Shown: positions 8,495 to 15,628 of the stretch, piece after piece
How positions within the stretch are numbered: position 1 is the stretch's first letter
Layout: the number at the start of each line of letters is the position of its first letter
From: a virus
Lineage: Duplodnaviria > Caudoviricetes
Length of the DNA: 58,646 nucleotides
Virus record (IMG/VR): IMGVR_UViG_3300028873_000026
Coordinates: 1 to 58,646 of that record
Reading direction: 5' to 3' (one strand)
Notes under the pieces: model-generated
What the model saw: only the letters and a program-made list of their open reading frames with translations
What the model was told of the DNA's origin: nothing
Databases searched by the model: none
Program-made: the position numbers and the translations under genes

Positions 8495-8878
8495 ATGCGG
8501 GGCATTCTCCGCGTCATTCCCTCGGCTACCTCCCGACGCTCCCAACGACTGATGCTCTTACGCAAGGCGCCTTCGCCTTTCATGATCGAAGCATCCGTGG
8601 GTGGAGCCCCCCAACTCATCGAGACCTTCGACAGCATCCTCGAACAAGGAGAGATCCTCCCCTGTCGAGCCTATCGCTGCGCGGAACCAGGAAGGGAAAA
8701 CCAACCCAACGTCTTTGCGAACCTGCTCTGGCTCCAAGCTCTCATTCGTGCCGATGGCTTCAACCGAGTCTACGACCAGCCTCAGAACCTCTCAGGCTCG
8801 GTGGCTCTCTTATTTGGAGACTCCCTCTTTATGGAGGCTCTCTCAGAGGCTCTCCCCCTTGCTTTTGCTCTCTCGTAG
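8495..8878 (+). CDS. Hypothetical protein (127 aa)
   Basis: Preceded by TGAACCAGGAAG (SD-containing phage motif); protein-like composition. Confidence 0.6.
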   Translation: MRGILRVIPSATSRRSQRLMLLRKAPSPFMIEASVGGAPQLIETFDSILEQGEILPCRAYRCAEPGRENQPNVFANLLWLQALIRADGFNRVYDQPQNLSGSVALLFGDSLFMEALSEALPLAFALS

Positions 8879-9182
8879 GTTCAGATGATTTCAGCACCCG
8901 AGCGTTTCCAGCTTCTACTCTTAAATTTAGAGAGAGAGGTAATGGGAGAGTGTGTCTGAAATGACCCCTAAAGGGCTCATATTCAGAGAAACCAAGGGGC
9001 TCCGCAGGCCCAATCAAATATCTTCCTCAAACATAGCTGCTAATAGGAGAGCCTCTCTGCAATATATGCAGGAGGGCATTGCTGATATTTCGTGGAGATA
9101 GATGAAGGCAGTGTGTTGGTTGTACACTTCCACCATCCGGACTACCCCCCCGGAGTGTCACTCAAGAGACACTGAGGGATCT

Positions 9183-9203
9183 CTCCGCTTCGCGGAGTGT
9201 GGA
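9183..9203 (+). promoter_or_regulatory. N4-type virion-RNAP hairpin promoter (early promoter 1)
   Basis: CTCCGC-TTC-GCGGAG-TGT-GGA: 6-bp stem, template loop 5'-C-GAA-G-3', then 3 nt and GG, the geometry of N4 early promoters; upstream of gp1-like gene. Confidence 0.85.
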
Positions 9204-9250
9204 ATCAAGACATGGTGTCTTTGGTTCCTACCCTGATGGAGTGTAACTCA

Positions 9251-9598
9251 ATGGCAACTGCTCGCCTCACGTTCGGAACTGTGCTCGACACTGTCAGCAC
9301 TGCTGCTACCACGGTGACTGGTGCGCTCAACGCAGTCAGCACTTCGATCGGCATGGCCAATGCCTTCGTGGAGCAAGCTGCCCTCAACCAGCAGTCTCGC
9401 ATCATTGCGGACAATGAAACCTTCATTGATCGCCTCATCGAAGAGAAGGCAATGGAACAGACGGCCATTGACCTGGAGGTGGAGACGTTCATCGCCAAGT
9501 CCGAGCGTCATCGGTTCCACTACGAGCAGGCTCATGATCGGTACAGCAAGATCCTGCGCAAGCCGGACTCGGCTGCTGCCAGACTCAAGGCTGCTTGA
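9251..9598 (+). CDS. N4 gp1-like early protein
   Basis: MATARLTFGTVLDTVSTAATTV; GGAG SD; first gene after the hairpin promoter. Confidence 0.8.
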   Translation: MATARLTFGTVLDTVSTAATTVTGALNAVSTSIGMANAFVEQAALNQQSRIIADNETFIDRLIEEKAMEQTAIDLEVETFIAKSERHRFHYEQAHDRYSKILRKPDSAAARLKAA

Positions 9599-9615
9599 GG
9601 CCAAGACAACAGTGG

Positions 9616-9642
9616 CTCACTCACCTCGCAAGGGTGGGTGAG
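9616..9642 (+). terminator. Hairpin after gp1-like gene
   Basis: CTCACTCACC/GGTGGGTGAG stem with C-GCAA-G loop; lacks a T run. Confidence 0.55.
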
Positions 9643-9737
9643 TCCATTCATCTCGAGCGATAGGTCATGATCACGGAGTGATCATGGTCTTCGACTCAAG
9701 CGATAGGTCACTCTGTGTCTGCTCACCTGAGTGTGAG

Positions 9738-9866
9738 TGACTATCATGATTGCATTAGGTGTGAGTGAATGGGGATGGCTAGAGACTGAGCCTTGCATCT
9801 GTCTCGCTATCCCAGTTGACTATCATGATTCAACTCATGTCCACTCACCGAATGACTATCACGATT
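9738..9866 (+). repeat. Three direct repeats TGACTATCA(T/C)GATT
   Basis: Copies at 9738-9751, 9817-9830, 9853-9866. Confidence 0.85.
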
Positions 9867-9916
9867 CATCGTGATCCTATATCCATCCGATAACCCAACA
9901 TAACTTGAGGTAAGCC

Positions 9917-10081
9917 ATGCTTGACTCACTAGCTGGGCTGCTCAGGCTTAAGCTCTGGCTTCACTGGCTGCTCATCTACATCATCGTGAACATCGTCGAG
10001 TTCATCGTGATGAAAGTATTCTGGAAATCCCTGTTTCCGGACAAGTCCGACTCTAAACATGAGTCTAATTCACAGATTTAA
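9917..10081 (+). CDS. Small membrane protein (54 aa)
   Basis: GAGGT SD, ATG 9917, TM segment LWLHWLLIYIIVNIVEFIVM; below the ORF-track cut-off. Confidence 0.6.
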   Translation: MLDSLAGLLRLKLWLHWLLIYIIVNIVEFIVMKVFWKSLFPDKSDSKHESNSQI

Positions 10082-10097
10082 CTTGGGAGTGACGCCA

Positions 10098-10250
10098 ATG
10101 CGTCCATACATCTGCGGCGTCAGCTACCTGATGATCATCGTCTCACTCATCACCATCACCCTGTGCATCTGTGATGATGGAGGCAAGTCTATGGCCAAGT
10201 GCATGGAAACCAACAGCATTTCACGTTGTCACGACCTACTCATGGAGTAA
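10098..10250 (+). CDS. Small membrane-anchored Cys-containing protein
   Basis: GGGAG SD, hydrophobic N-terminus. Confidence 0.55.
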   Translation: MRPYICGVSYLMIIVSLITITLCICDDGGKSMAKCMETNSISRCHDLLME

Positions 10251-10255
10251 TCCCA

Positions 10256-10441
10256 ATGGGCCAATACATCGATCACTTGGTGACCAAATTCAACATAACT
10301 GAAGTGGAGCATAAGCCCACTTTGGTCGAACTCTTCATCGACTGGATCACAGGCGAGCGAGAGATCCGAGCTAAGCATGAAGCTGATCGGGTGCTCAACG
10401 AGCGTATGACCAAGATCAAGCGCTATGTGCGCTTAGACTAG
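10256..10441 (+). CDS. Hypothetical early protein
   Basis: GGAG SD, MGQYIDHLVTKF... Confidence 0.6.
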   Translation: MGQYIDHLVTKFNITEVEHKPTLVELFIDWITGEREIRAKHEADRVLNERMTKIKRYVRLD

Positions 10442-10502
10442 CGTAAGCCGTTTCTTGGATTAAGCGGAGCATGAGTCAACGCTTGTGCTTCGTTTTGTGG
10501 CT

Positions 10503-10523
10503 CACGCCTTCGGCGTGTGTGGG
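10503..10523 (+). promoter_or_regulatory. N4-type virion-RNAP hairpin promoter (early promoter 2)
   Basis: CACGCC-TTC-GGCGTG-TGT-GGG: same loop and TGTGG spacer as promoter 1 with a different stem; upstream of gp2-like gene. Confidence 0.85.
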
Positions 10524-10560
10524 GAATGTTCCCCGGTTTGCTCATAAGGAGCTTAGTGCA

Positions 10561-10980
10561 ATGGCAATCACCGTTTCGAAGACCTTCGGCGAGAAGTTCG
10601 CTGGAGTGAAGACGCCTTCCCAGCAGACCGACGATCGGCCCAAGGCTGAGTTCTGGATGAACATCGGCTACGTGGTCGACTACGAGACCGACGAGGGCAC
10701 CGAACAGCGCTTCGTGTCGCTGCCAACGGGTATCCCGTTGGACACGCAGGAGAAACTCACCACGACCTCGAGGAACGTCAACTTCGCTGCGTTCCAGGGC
10801 GCTCGGAATGATCTGCTCGATCAGGTCATGGAAGCCTGCAAGGGCTTGGCGCCGGGCGAAGACAAGATCATCGGCGAAGCCGGTGGGCTCCAGATCCAGA
10901 TCCGGCGTGCGAATGGCGAAGTGACGCCTGTCGCTCCCAGCGAAAATCCGTTCCGTCGCAAGCTCGCGCTCGTCGACTGA
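10561..10980 (+). CDS. N4 gp2-like ssDNA-binding activator of RNAP II
   Basis: KAEFWMNIGY, FVSLPTGIPLD, ARNDLLDQ, LAPGE motifs; AAGGAG SD. Confidence 0.85.
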   Translation: MAITVSKTFGEKFAGVKTPSQQTDDRPKAEFWMNIGYVVDYETDEGTEQRFVSLPTGIPLDTQEKLTTTSRNVNFAAFQGARNDLLDQVMEACKGLAPGEDKIIGEAGGLQIQIRRANGEVTPVAPSENPFRRKLALVD

Positions 10981-10986
10981 CACAAC

Positions 10987-11024
10987 ACAGGGGGGATCCT
11001 TCGGGATCTCTCCTGTTCTTTTTT
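10987..11024 (+). terminator. Rho-independent terminator
   Basis: ACAGGGGGGATCC-TTCG-GGATCTCTCCTGT followed by TCTTTTTT. Confidence 0.85.
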
Positions 11025-11043
11025 GTCTCCGATAGGTTAAAGG

Positions 11044-11590
11044 GCATCCCTCAACTATCTAAAAGCTAAGTTGAACTTTTCAGCTATCTTAGCGGAGATG
11101 CACCTAAAGCCTGTCGAGTCGCCATGAACCAAGGAACTAACCATGACTTGGGCGTGTACCGAGCTGGGGTGAGCCCAGCTTAAACGCAGAGAAGCGACAA
11201 AAAGCGATCTTGAGAACAGCGTCAGACCGCCTGCTAACGCACAGGCACATGAACCCAGAGGAAAGAATGTGACTTGGCGTTCCGCCGTGCCGGGGTGAGC
11301 CCGGCTAAGTGAACACTGTATGATCGCAGCACCTTCGAGAGATCTAAGTATCTCTCCAGGTCTGGAAGTCTGCGGACAGTGTACGCTCCTGATCACCATC
11401 ACAGAACCTTTAGCTAGGTAATCAAGTCCACATCAGCATTAGCCCAGGTCGAAGAGCATCCTATCCACGGCAGACACGCATAGCGTAGCCATGAACGGAG
11501 TCCGGACACTGGCAAGGGCGCTTAAAAGCACCACAGATGATGGCAAAGCTGCTGAGCAACAGGGTAAACTGCTCAACTCTCATTCAATAT
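11044..11590 (+). ncRNA. Long structured non-coding region with a duplicated hairpin module
   Basis: No convincing ORF over ~550 nt; many helices; two related units 126 nt apart showing a compensatory base-pair change. Confidence 0.5.
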
Positions 11591-11623
11591 ATCCCAAAGG
11601 AGCTTTAGCATGGGACTCGGCAA

Positions 11624-11821
11624 ATGAGCACCACCTATCAAATTCACGAGTATATCCCTTACGAGGGGGTGGCAATTACTTACGTTGAGACTATTGACGA
11701 ACTCAAAGTGCATCTCAAAAGGCATTTCGCACAGGCGTGTAACTTCAACGATATTGACGTTTATGAGATCGTCCGTGAGGTCGACATTCCTGAACTCATG
11801 AAGGAGGAGCCTGGAACATGA
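11624..11821 (+). CDS. Hypothetical protein
   Basis: First of a chain of small ORFs with overlapping start/stop codons. Confidence 0.7.
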   Translation: MSTTYQIHEYIPYEGVAITYVETIDELKVHLKRHFAQACNFNDIDVYEIVREVDIPELMKEEPGT

Positions 11822-12162
11822 GCACTCTCAGTAAGACAGAGCCCAACTTCTGGGACAAATACGAGGCCATGAGTGGCCCAGTAAAGATCCTGGATGAGCA
11901 TGGCGCTTATCCCTCGAACCTCGATGCAGCGATCATCGAGCAGGACAAATACTTCAATCCTCAACCCGAGATCGACAGTCTCTGGGTTGCCCAGGATGGT
12001 CGACGTGTCCGGATCATGAAGATCATCGAAGGCAACGGCAAAGGCCAAGGCTGGAGAGCTAAGGTCTTCGTATTGCCTCCTCGAAAGCAGCGCCAGAAAC
12101 GCTACACGTATGCCGGCGTCAGCTCTTTCAGGTCCGGATTCTACAAGTTAGAATCGTTATGA
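11818..12162 (+). CDS. Hypothetical protein
   Basis: AGGAG SD, ATGA coupling. Confidence 0.7.
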   Translation: MSTLSKTEPNFWDKYEAMSGPVKILDEHGAYPSNLDAAIIEQDKYFNPQPEIDSLWVAQDGRRVRIMKIIEGNGKGQGWRAKVFVLPPRKQRQKRYTYAGVSSFRSGFYKLESL

Positions 12163-12371
12163 AATGCAAGCTCTGTGGAACTGAGATCCATCTCGTTCCC
12201 TCGGCCTCCGAGAGAGCTGCTCGATATGGCGGCTCTCCCCAAGATTACACCAAGCTCTTCACCGCACACAGCTTCTGCGTTGTGGCTGAGAGATCCCGAC
12301 AAACCCTCGAATTCATTGAAAAAAGGAACAACCAAGATGCCGAAAAGCGTGTTCGTATTCGGAAGCAATGA
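12159..12371 (+). CDS. Hypothetical Zn-binding protein
   Basis: CKLC and HSFC ligand pairs; ATGA coupling. Confidence 0.65.
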   Translation: MKCKLCGTEIHLVPSASERAARYGGSPQDYTKLFTAHSFCVVAERSRQTLEFIEKRNNQDAEKRVRIRKQ

Positions 12372-12720
12372 AGCGGGAGTTCATGGAGCTGGCGCAGCTG
12401 CTGAAGCCTACAAGAAGCATGGAGCCCGATGGGGCTTCAGCTATGGGCACATGGGCGAAAGCTTCGCCATTCCCACCAAGGACGAGAACCTCGAAACGCT
12501 CCCAATCAAGCGGGTGCATCAGTACGTGCAGGGCTTCATCGCCTTCGCTCATGGTCACCGCAAACTCACCTTCAGGGTGACGCAGATCGGCTGTGGCCTG
12601 GCCGGCTTCAAAGCCACCGAGATCGCTCCGATGTTCATGGAGGCGCCCAAGAACTGCGAGTTCGACAGCATGTGGGCTCAGATCCTCGGCGACGGTCGGG
12701 TCTACTGGGGGAGCGTCTGA
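12337..12720 (+). CDS. A1S_2505-family phage protein (VFVFGSN motif)
   Basis: VFVFGSNEAGVHGAGAA, SFAIPTK, VTQIGCGLAG. Confidence 0.8.
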   Translation: MPKSVFVFGSNEAGVHGAGAAAEAYKKHGARWGFSYGHMGESFAIPTKDENLETLPIKRVHQYVQGFIAFAHGHRKLTFRVTQIGCGLAGFKATEIAPMFMEAPKNCEFDSMWAQILGDGRVYWGSV

Positions 12721-12917
12721 TGGCTTGGAAGCCTGAAGTCGAGGTGGACGGCAAGTTCTCTCGCAATGCGCTGGTCTTCGAGACCAAGCAGGAAGCCGAG
12801 GACAATGCCAAAGCTCTCATGTGGCGTTGGACCACAGTCACTGACTCTCGTGCTGTCGAGGTCAATGAGCGAGTGAACTACAAGTGGGTCAATGGTGCTC
12901 TTGAGAGAGTGCTATGA
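12720..12917 (+). CDS. Hypothetical protein (MAWKPEV...)
   Basis: TGATG coupling to the upstream gene. Confidence 0.7.
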   Translation: MAWKPEVEVDGKFSRNALVFETKQEAEDNAKALMWRWTTVTDSRAVEVNERVNYKWVNGALERVL

Positions 12918-13189
12918 TCAAGCGCTACTGCTTCACCAGACCAGCCAAGAACGCAGCTTGGTCCTCTCGAACCGCCAAGATCGGCTCGATCAAAGGCACT
13001 CTAGCCCAGGCTATTCAGAAAGCTCTGATATTCATCACCCAGCATGGGGAAGTCACCATCGTTGATTACGATGACAATGTCATCGTTGCGATAGTAAGTC
13101 CCACTCTTCGTGTGAATTACCCCAAGACGGATTACTACACCCAAGTGAGTGTGCTCCCTTCCTTGGTTCAAGAGGTGATCAAGTCATGA
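12914..13189 (+). CDS. Hypothetical protein
   Basis: ATGA coupling. Confidence 0.65.
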   Translation: MIKRYCFTRPAKNAAWSSRTAKIGSIKGTLAQAIQKALIFITQHGEVTIVDYDDNVIVAIVSPTLRVNYPKTDYYTQVSVLPSLVQEVIKS

Positions 13190-13473
13190 TCATCTCGATG
13201 TTTGCCATTCGACATATGCCTACGGGGAACTATCTCCTCATGGGCTATTGCCAGTCTGGACGTGGCAGCACGGCTTATGAGCCAGGAAAGCCAGAAGCCA
13301 ACGATCTCCCTCGAGTCTTTCGGACAGCTAAAGATGCTCAGGGAGCTCTGCGCTGCTGGGTACGAGGTCGCTATCAGTCCGATGAAGGCGCCTGGAATGG
13401 GCAAATCCGTCCCGTTCCCAGTCGTGACATCAACGACATGCAAGTCGTCCCGATCACCTTGGAGCTCCCATGA
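13186..13473 (+). CDS. Hypothetical protein
   Basis: GAGGTG SD, ATGA coupling. Confidence 0.7.
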   Translation: MIISMFAIRHMPTGNYLLMGYCQSGRGSTAYEPGKPEANDLPRVFRTAKDAQGALRCWVRGRYQSDEGAWNGQIRPVPSRDINDMQVVPITLELP

Positions 13474-13742
13474 GACTTCCGACCACTGAAGAAGAAGCAG
13501 CTGCCAAGCTGCTTCGTGAGGCCGGCTGGATCGTCATAGGTCCAACAGGCGTCAAGCATGGGTGCTTCTGCGATCTCTTCTCGATGAAGCCAGGCACTGA
13601 ACCTGATGGGTGCGTCATAGATACGAACACTCGTTCAGATTGTGTTTATGCAAAGGATCGTCTTCACAAAGAGTCCTGCGAGTATTGGAAGCCTTATACC
13701 GAGGAGACCCTCGCGAAATATTGGAAGGACATCCAATCGTGA
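13470..13742 (+). CDS. Hypothetical Cys-rich protein
   Basis: CFCD, PDGCVID, DCVYA, CEYW. Confidence 0.7.
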   Translation: MRLPTTEEEAAAKLLREAGWIVIGPTGVKHGCFCDLFSMKPGTEPDGCVIDTNTRSDCVYAKDRLHKESCEYWKPYTEETLAKYWKDIQS

Positions 13743-13984
13743 AAATTCTCATCTTCGGCGCCACCTGGTGCTCCAGCTGCAAGGCGCTCTGGAGAGCCAT
13801 CGAAGCTGACGGCGATAGCCCTCACTTCTTCGAGTACCTCGACCTGGAGCAGAACTCAGAAGCTGCTCAGAAATATGGGGTGCGATCCCTACCCACTGTC
13901 GTCGAACCCGAGAAGGGCATCGTCGGCACTGGGATCACCACACTCCCTGCTCTGAAGCGCTGGATCTCCGACATCACTCCCTGA
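13739..13984 (+). CDS. Thioredoxin-like protein
   Basis: FGATWCSSCK CxxC motif and YGVRSLPT cis-Pro motif; GTG start at 13739. Confidence 0.85.
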   Translation: MKILIFGATWCSSCKALWRAIEADGDSPHFFEYLDLEQNSEAAQKYGVRSLPTVVEPEKGIVGTGITTLPALKRWISDITP

Positions 13985-13998
13985 ACCAAGGAAAGAAC

Positions 13999-14271
13999 AT
14001 GGCCTCCGCAGAACCTGACAAACTCACATTCTTGCACGAAGACAATGGGTTCTGTCGTGTCATGTTCTATCGGACCTTCGAAGGTAACCGATTCTATTAC
14101 TGCTGGATGGAAGAGGCCAAAGGCACCTTCGAATTCTATCGATGCTCCAGCGACGGCGAACCTTCCCACAAGGTCACCGGCTGGGCCGGAGTGCCGGCCA
14201 AGGACCAGACTCCCAAAAATCCTGGCCAGACTCAGACTGGCCGAGACCTGAACGCTTTCCTCAAACTTTAG
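13999..14271 (+). CDS. Hypothetical protein
   Basis: AAGGA SD; YRCSSDGEPSH motif. Confidence 0.7.
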   Translation: MASAEPDKLTFLHEDNGFCRVMFYRTFEGNRFYYCWMEEAKGTFEFYRCSSDGEPSHKVTGWAGVPAKDQTPKNPGQTQTGRDLNAFLKL

Positions 14272-14282
14272 AGAGAGAAACC

Positions 14283-15146
14283 ATGGACACCGAGATGCAG
14301 TGCGAAGAGTTGGAGGTTGCTCCGACTGACACGCAGAAGACGCTGGTGGCTCATCAGATCGAGCTTGAGCGCCTCTATTCCAAGAACCAGACGATCCCTC
14401 GCATCAAGGCTGAGTTTCAGAACTGCGAGGAAGCCAATTTCACGGATTTCCTGATCTCGTCGGAGATCCCCGTGAGCTTTGGTTTGGACCTGCTGGTTCA
14501 GATGGCTCTTCACAAGAGAGCCAACATCCAGACCCTGGTGGGACTCTTGTACCACCACTTCAATGACGCCCAAGTCGTCGCTGATATGCTGCTCAAGGCT
14601 GTGCTGGCAGATCTCGTCGACTGGGAGCCGACCCTCAAGATCTTCGTGGTCAAGTTCGAGATCAGTCCCGAGGTCCAAGAGGACATCGATCGCTTCCAGT
14701 ACCCTCTTCCCATGGTCGTCGAGCCCAAGCCGATCACCAAGAACAGGGACACTGGATATTTCCTGAACCAAGGAAGCGTGATCCTGCGCAACAACCACCA
14801 TGAAGATGATGTCTGTCTCGATCACCTGAACCGAATGAACGAGATCCGGTTCACAGTGAACGCTGACACGGCGCTCATGGTGAAGAACAAGTGGCGGCAT
14901 CTCGACAAACCTAAAGAGGGTGAAACTCGAGATGACTTTGAGCGTCGAAAGAAGGCATTCAATAAGTACGATCGCACTGCGAAGCACGTAATGGCTTTGC
15001 TCATGCAGCACAGCGATCACTTCCACCTCACCCACAAGTATGACAAGCGTGGGCGAGTGTACTGCCAAGGTTATCACGTCAATTACCAGGGAACTCCCTG
15101 GAACAAAGCCGTGGTAGAGTTCGCAGATAAGGAGCTTATTGAATGA
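14283..15146 (+). CDS. RNA polymerase II subunit 1 (N4 gp15-like)
   Basis: FQYPLPMVVEP and THKYDKRGRVYCQGYHVNYQG (T7-type DxRGR). Confidence 0.95.
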   Translation: MDTEMQCEELEVAPTDTQKTLVAHQIELERLYSKNQTIPRIKAEFQNCEEANFTDFLISSEIPVSFGLDLLVQMALHKRANIQTLVGLLYHHFNDAQVVADMLLKAVLADLVDWEPTLKIFVVKFEISPEVQEDIDRFQYPLPMVVEPKPITKNRDTGYFLNQGSVILRNNHHEDDVCLDHLNRMNEIRFTVNADTALMVKNKWRHLDKPKEGETRDDFERRKKAFNKYDRTAKHVMALLMQHSDHFHLTHKYDKRGRVYCQGYHVNYQGTPWNKAVVEFADKELIE

Positions 15147-15397
15147 AGAAGCCCGGCAAAAAGCGCAACTATAAGCAGGCGACCAAGTTCGAGGACTCTG
15201 CGAAGGAGGTCAAGCAGCGTGAAGAGCGTAACAAAGCGCGCTATGATGTGGCGCACCACTTGCACACCGCAATCAAGGGCTCCCTTAAAGGCAAGGACGT
15301 GGATCACAGAGATCCGCTCCGGCATCACGGTTCGAACGCCCCAAGCAACTGGGACCTCCGTTCGATCCACGCCAACCGAGGCGACAACAAGTCGTAA
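15143..15397 (+). CDS. Small HNH-like protein
   Basis: DVDHRDPLRHHGSNAPSNW...HANR. Confidence 0.7.
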   Translation: MKKPGKKRNYKQATKFEDSAKEVKQREERNKARYDVAHHLHTAIKGSLKGKDVDHRDPLRHHGSNAPSNWDLRSIHANRGDNKS

Positions 15398-15401
15398 GTA
15401 G

Positions 15402-15602
15402 TCACTCGTTCGATAGAATGTAACGAGCGCTTCGTCCAGCAAACCAACACACAAAAGAGACCCCGGTAAAGCCAGCGATTACTATCGCATTCATGCCGTA
15501 GTCCTCGTTATACGTCAGCACAAAAAACAGAGTTATTAGAAATCCTCCTGCTGAGACGCAGCCGAGGACGTACAGAACTCTGCCTAATCTTTTGATCATC
15601 AT
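15402..15602 (-). CDS. Small two-TM membrane protein on the opposite strand
   Basis: Two hydrophobic segments, GAGGGG SD, fills the gap between the HNH and RNAP genes. Confidence 0.65.
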   Translation of the reverse strand: MMIKRLGRVLYVLGCVSAGGFLITLFFVLTYNEDYGMNAIVIAGFTGVSFVCWFAGRSARYILSNE

Positions 15603-15628
15603 CCCCTCACAACCTTAAGGAGCGTACC

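Noticed and set aside
8347-8964. 205-aa plus-strand ORF
   Set aside because: TTG start without SD and low-quality composition; 8495-8878 is better supported.
9666-9686. Antisense vRNAP promoter (C-GGA-G loop on the plus strand)
   Set aside because: Loop fits, but the TGTGG spacer and GG start shared by the two clear promoters are missing.
9738-11300. CRISPR array from the short repeats
   Set aside because: Only 2-3 copies per repeat, spacing unlike an array, and no cas genes; the Cas4-like gene is a standard N4 replication exonuclease.
11143-11420. Selenoprotein or stop-codon-reassigned ORF across the two TGA codons
   Set aside because: TGA is used as a normal stop throughout, no SECIS or suppressor tRNA is seen, and the read-through product is not protein-like; kept only as a hypothesis.
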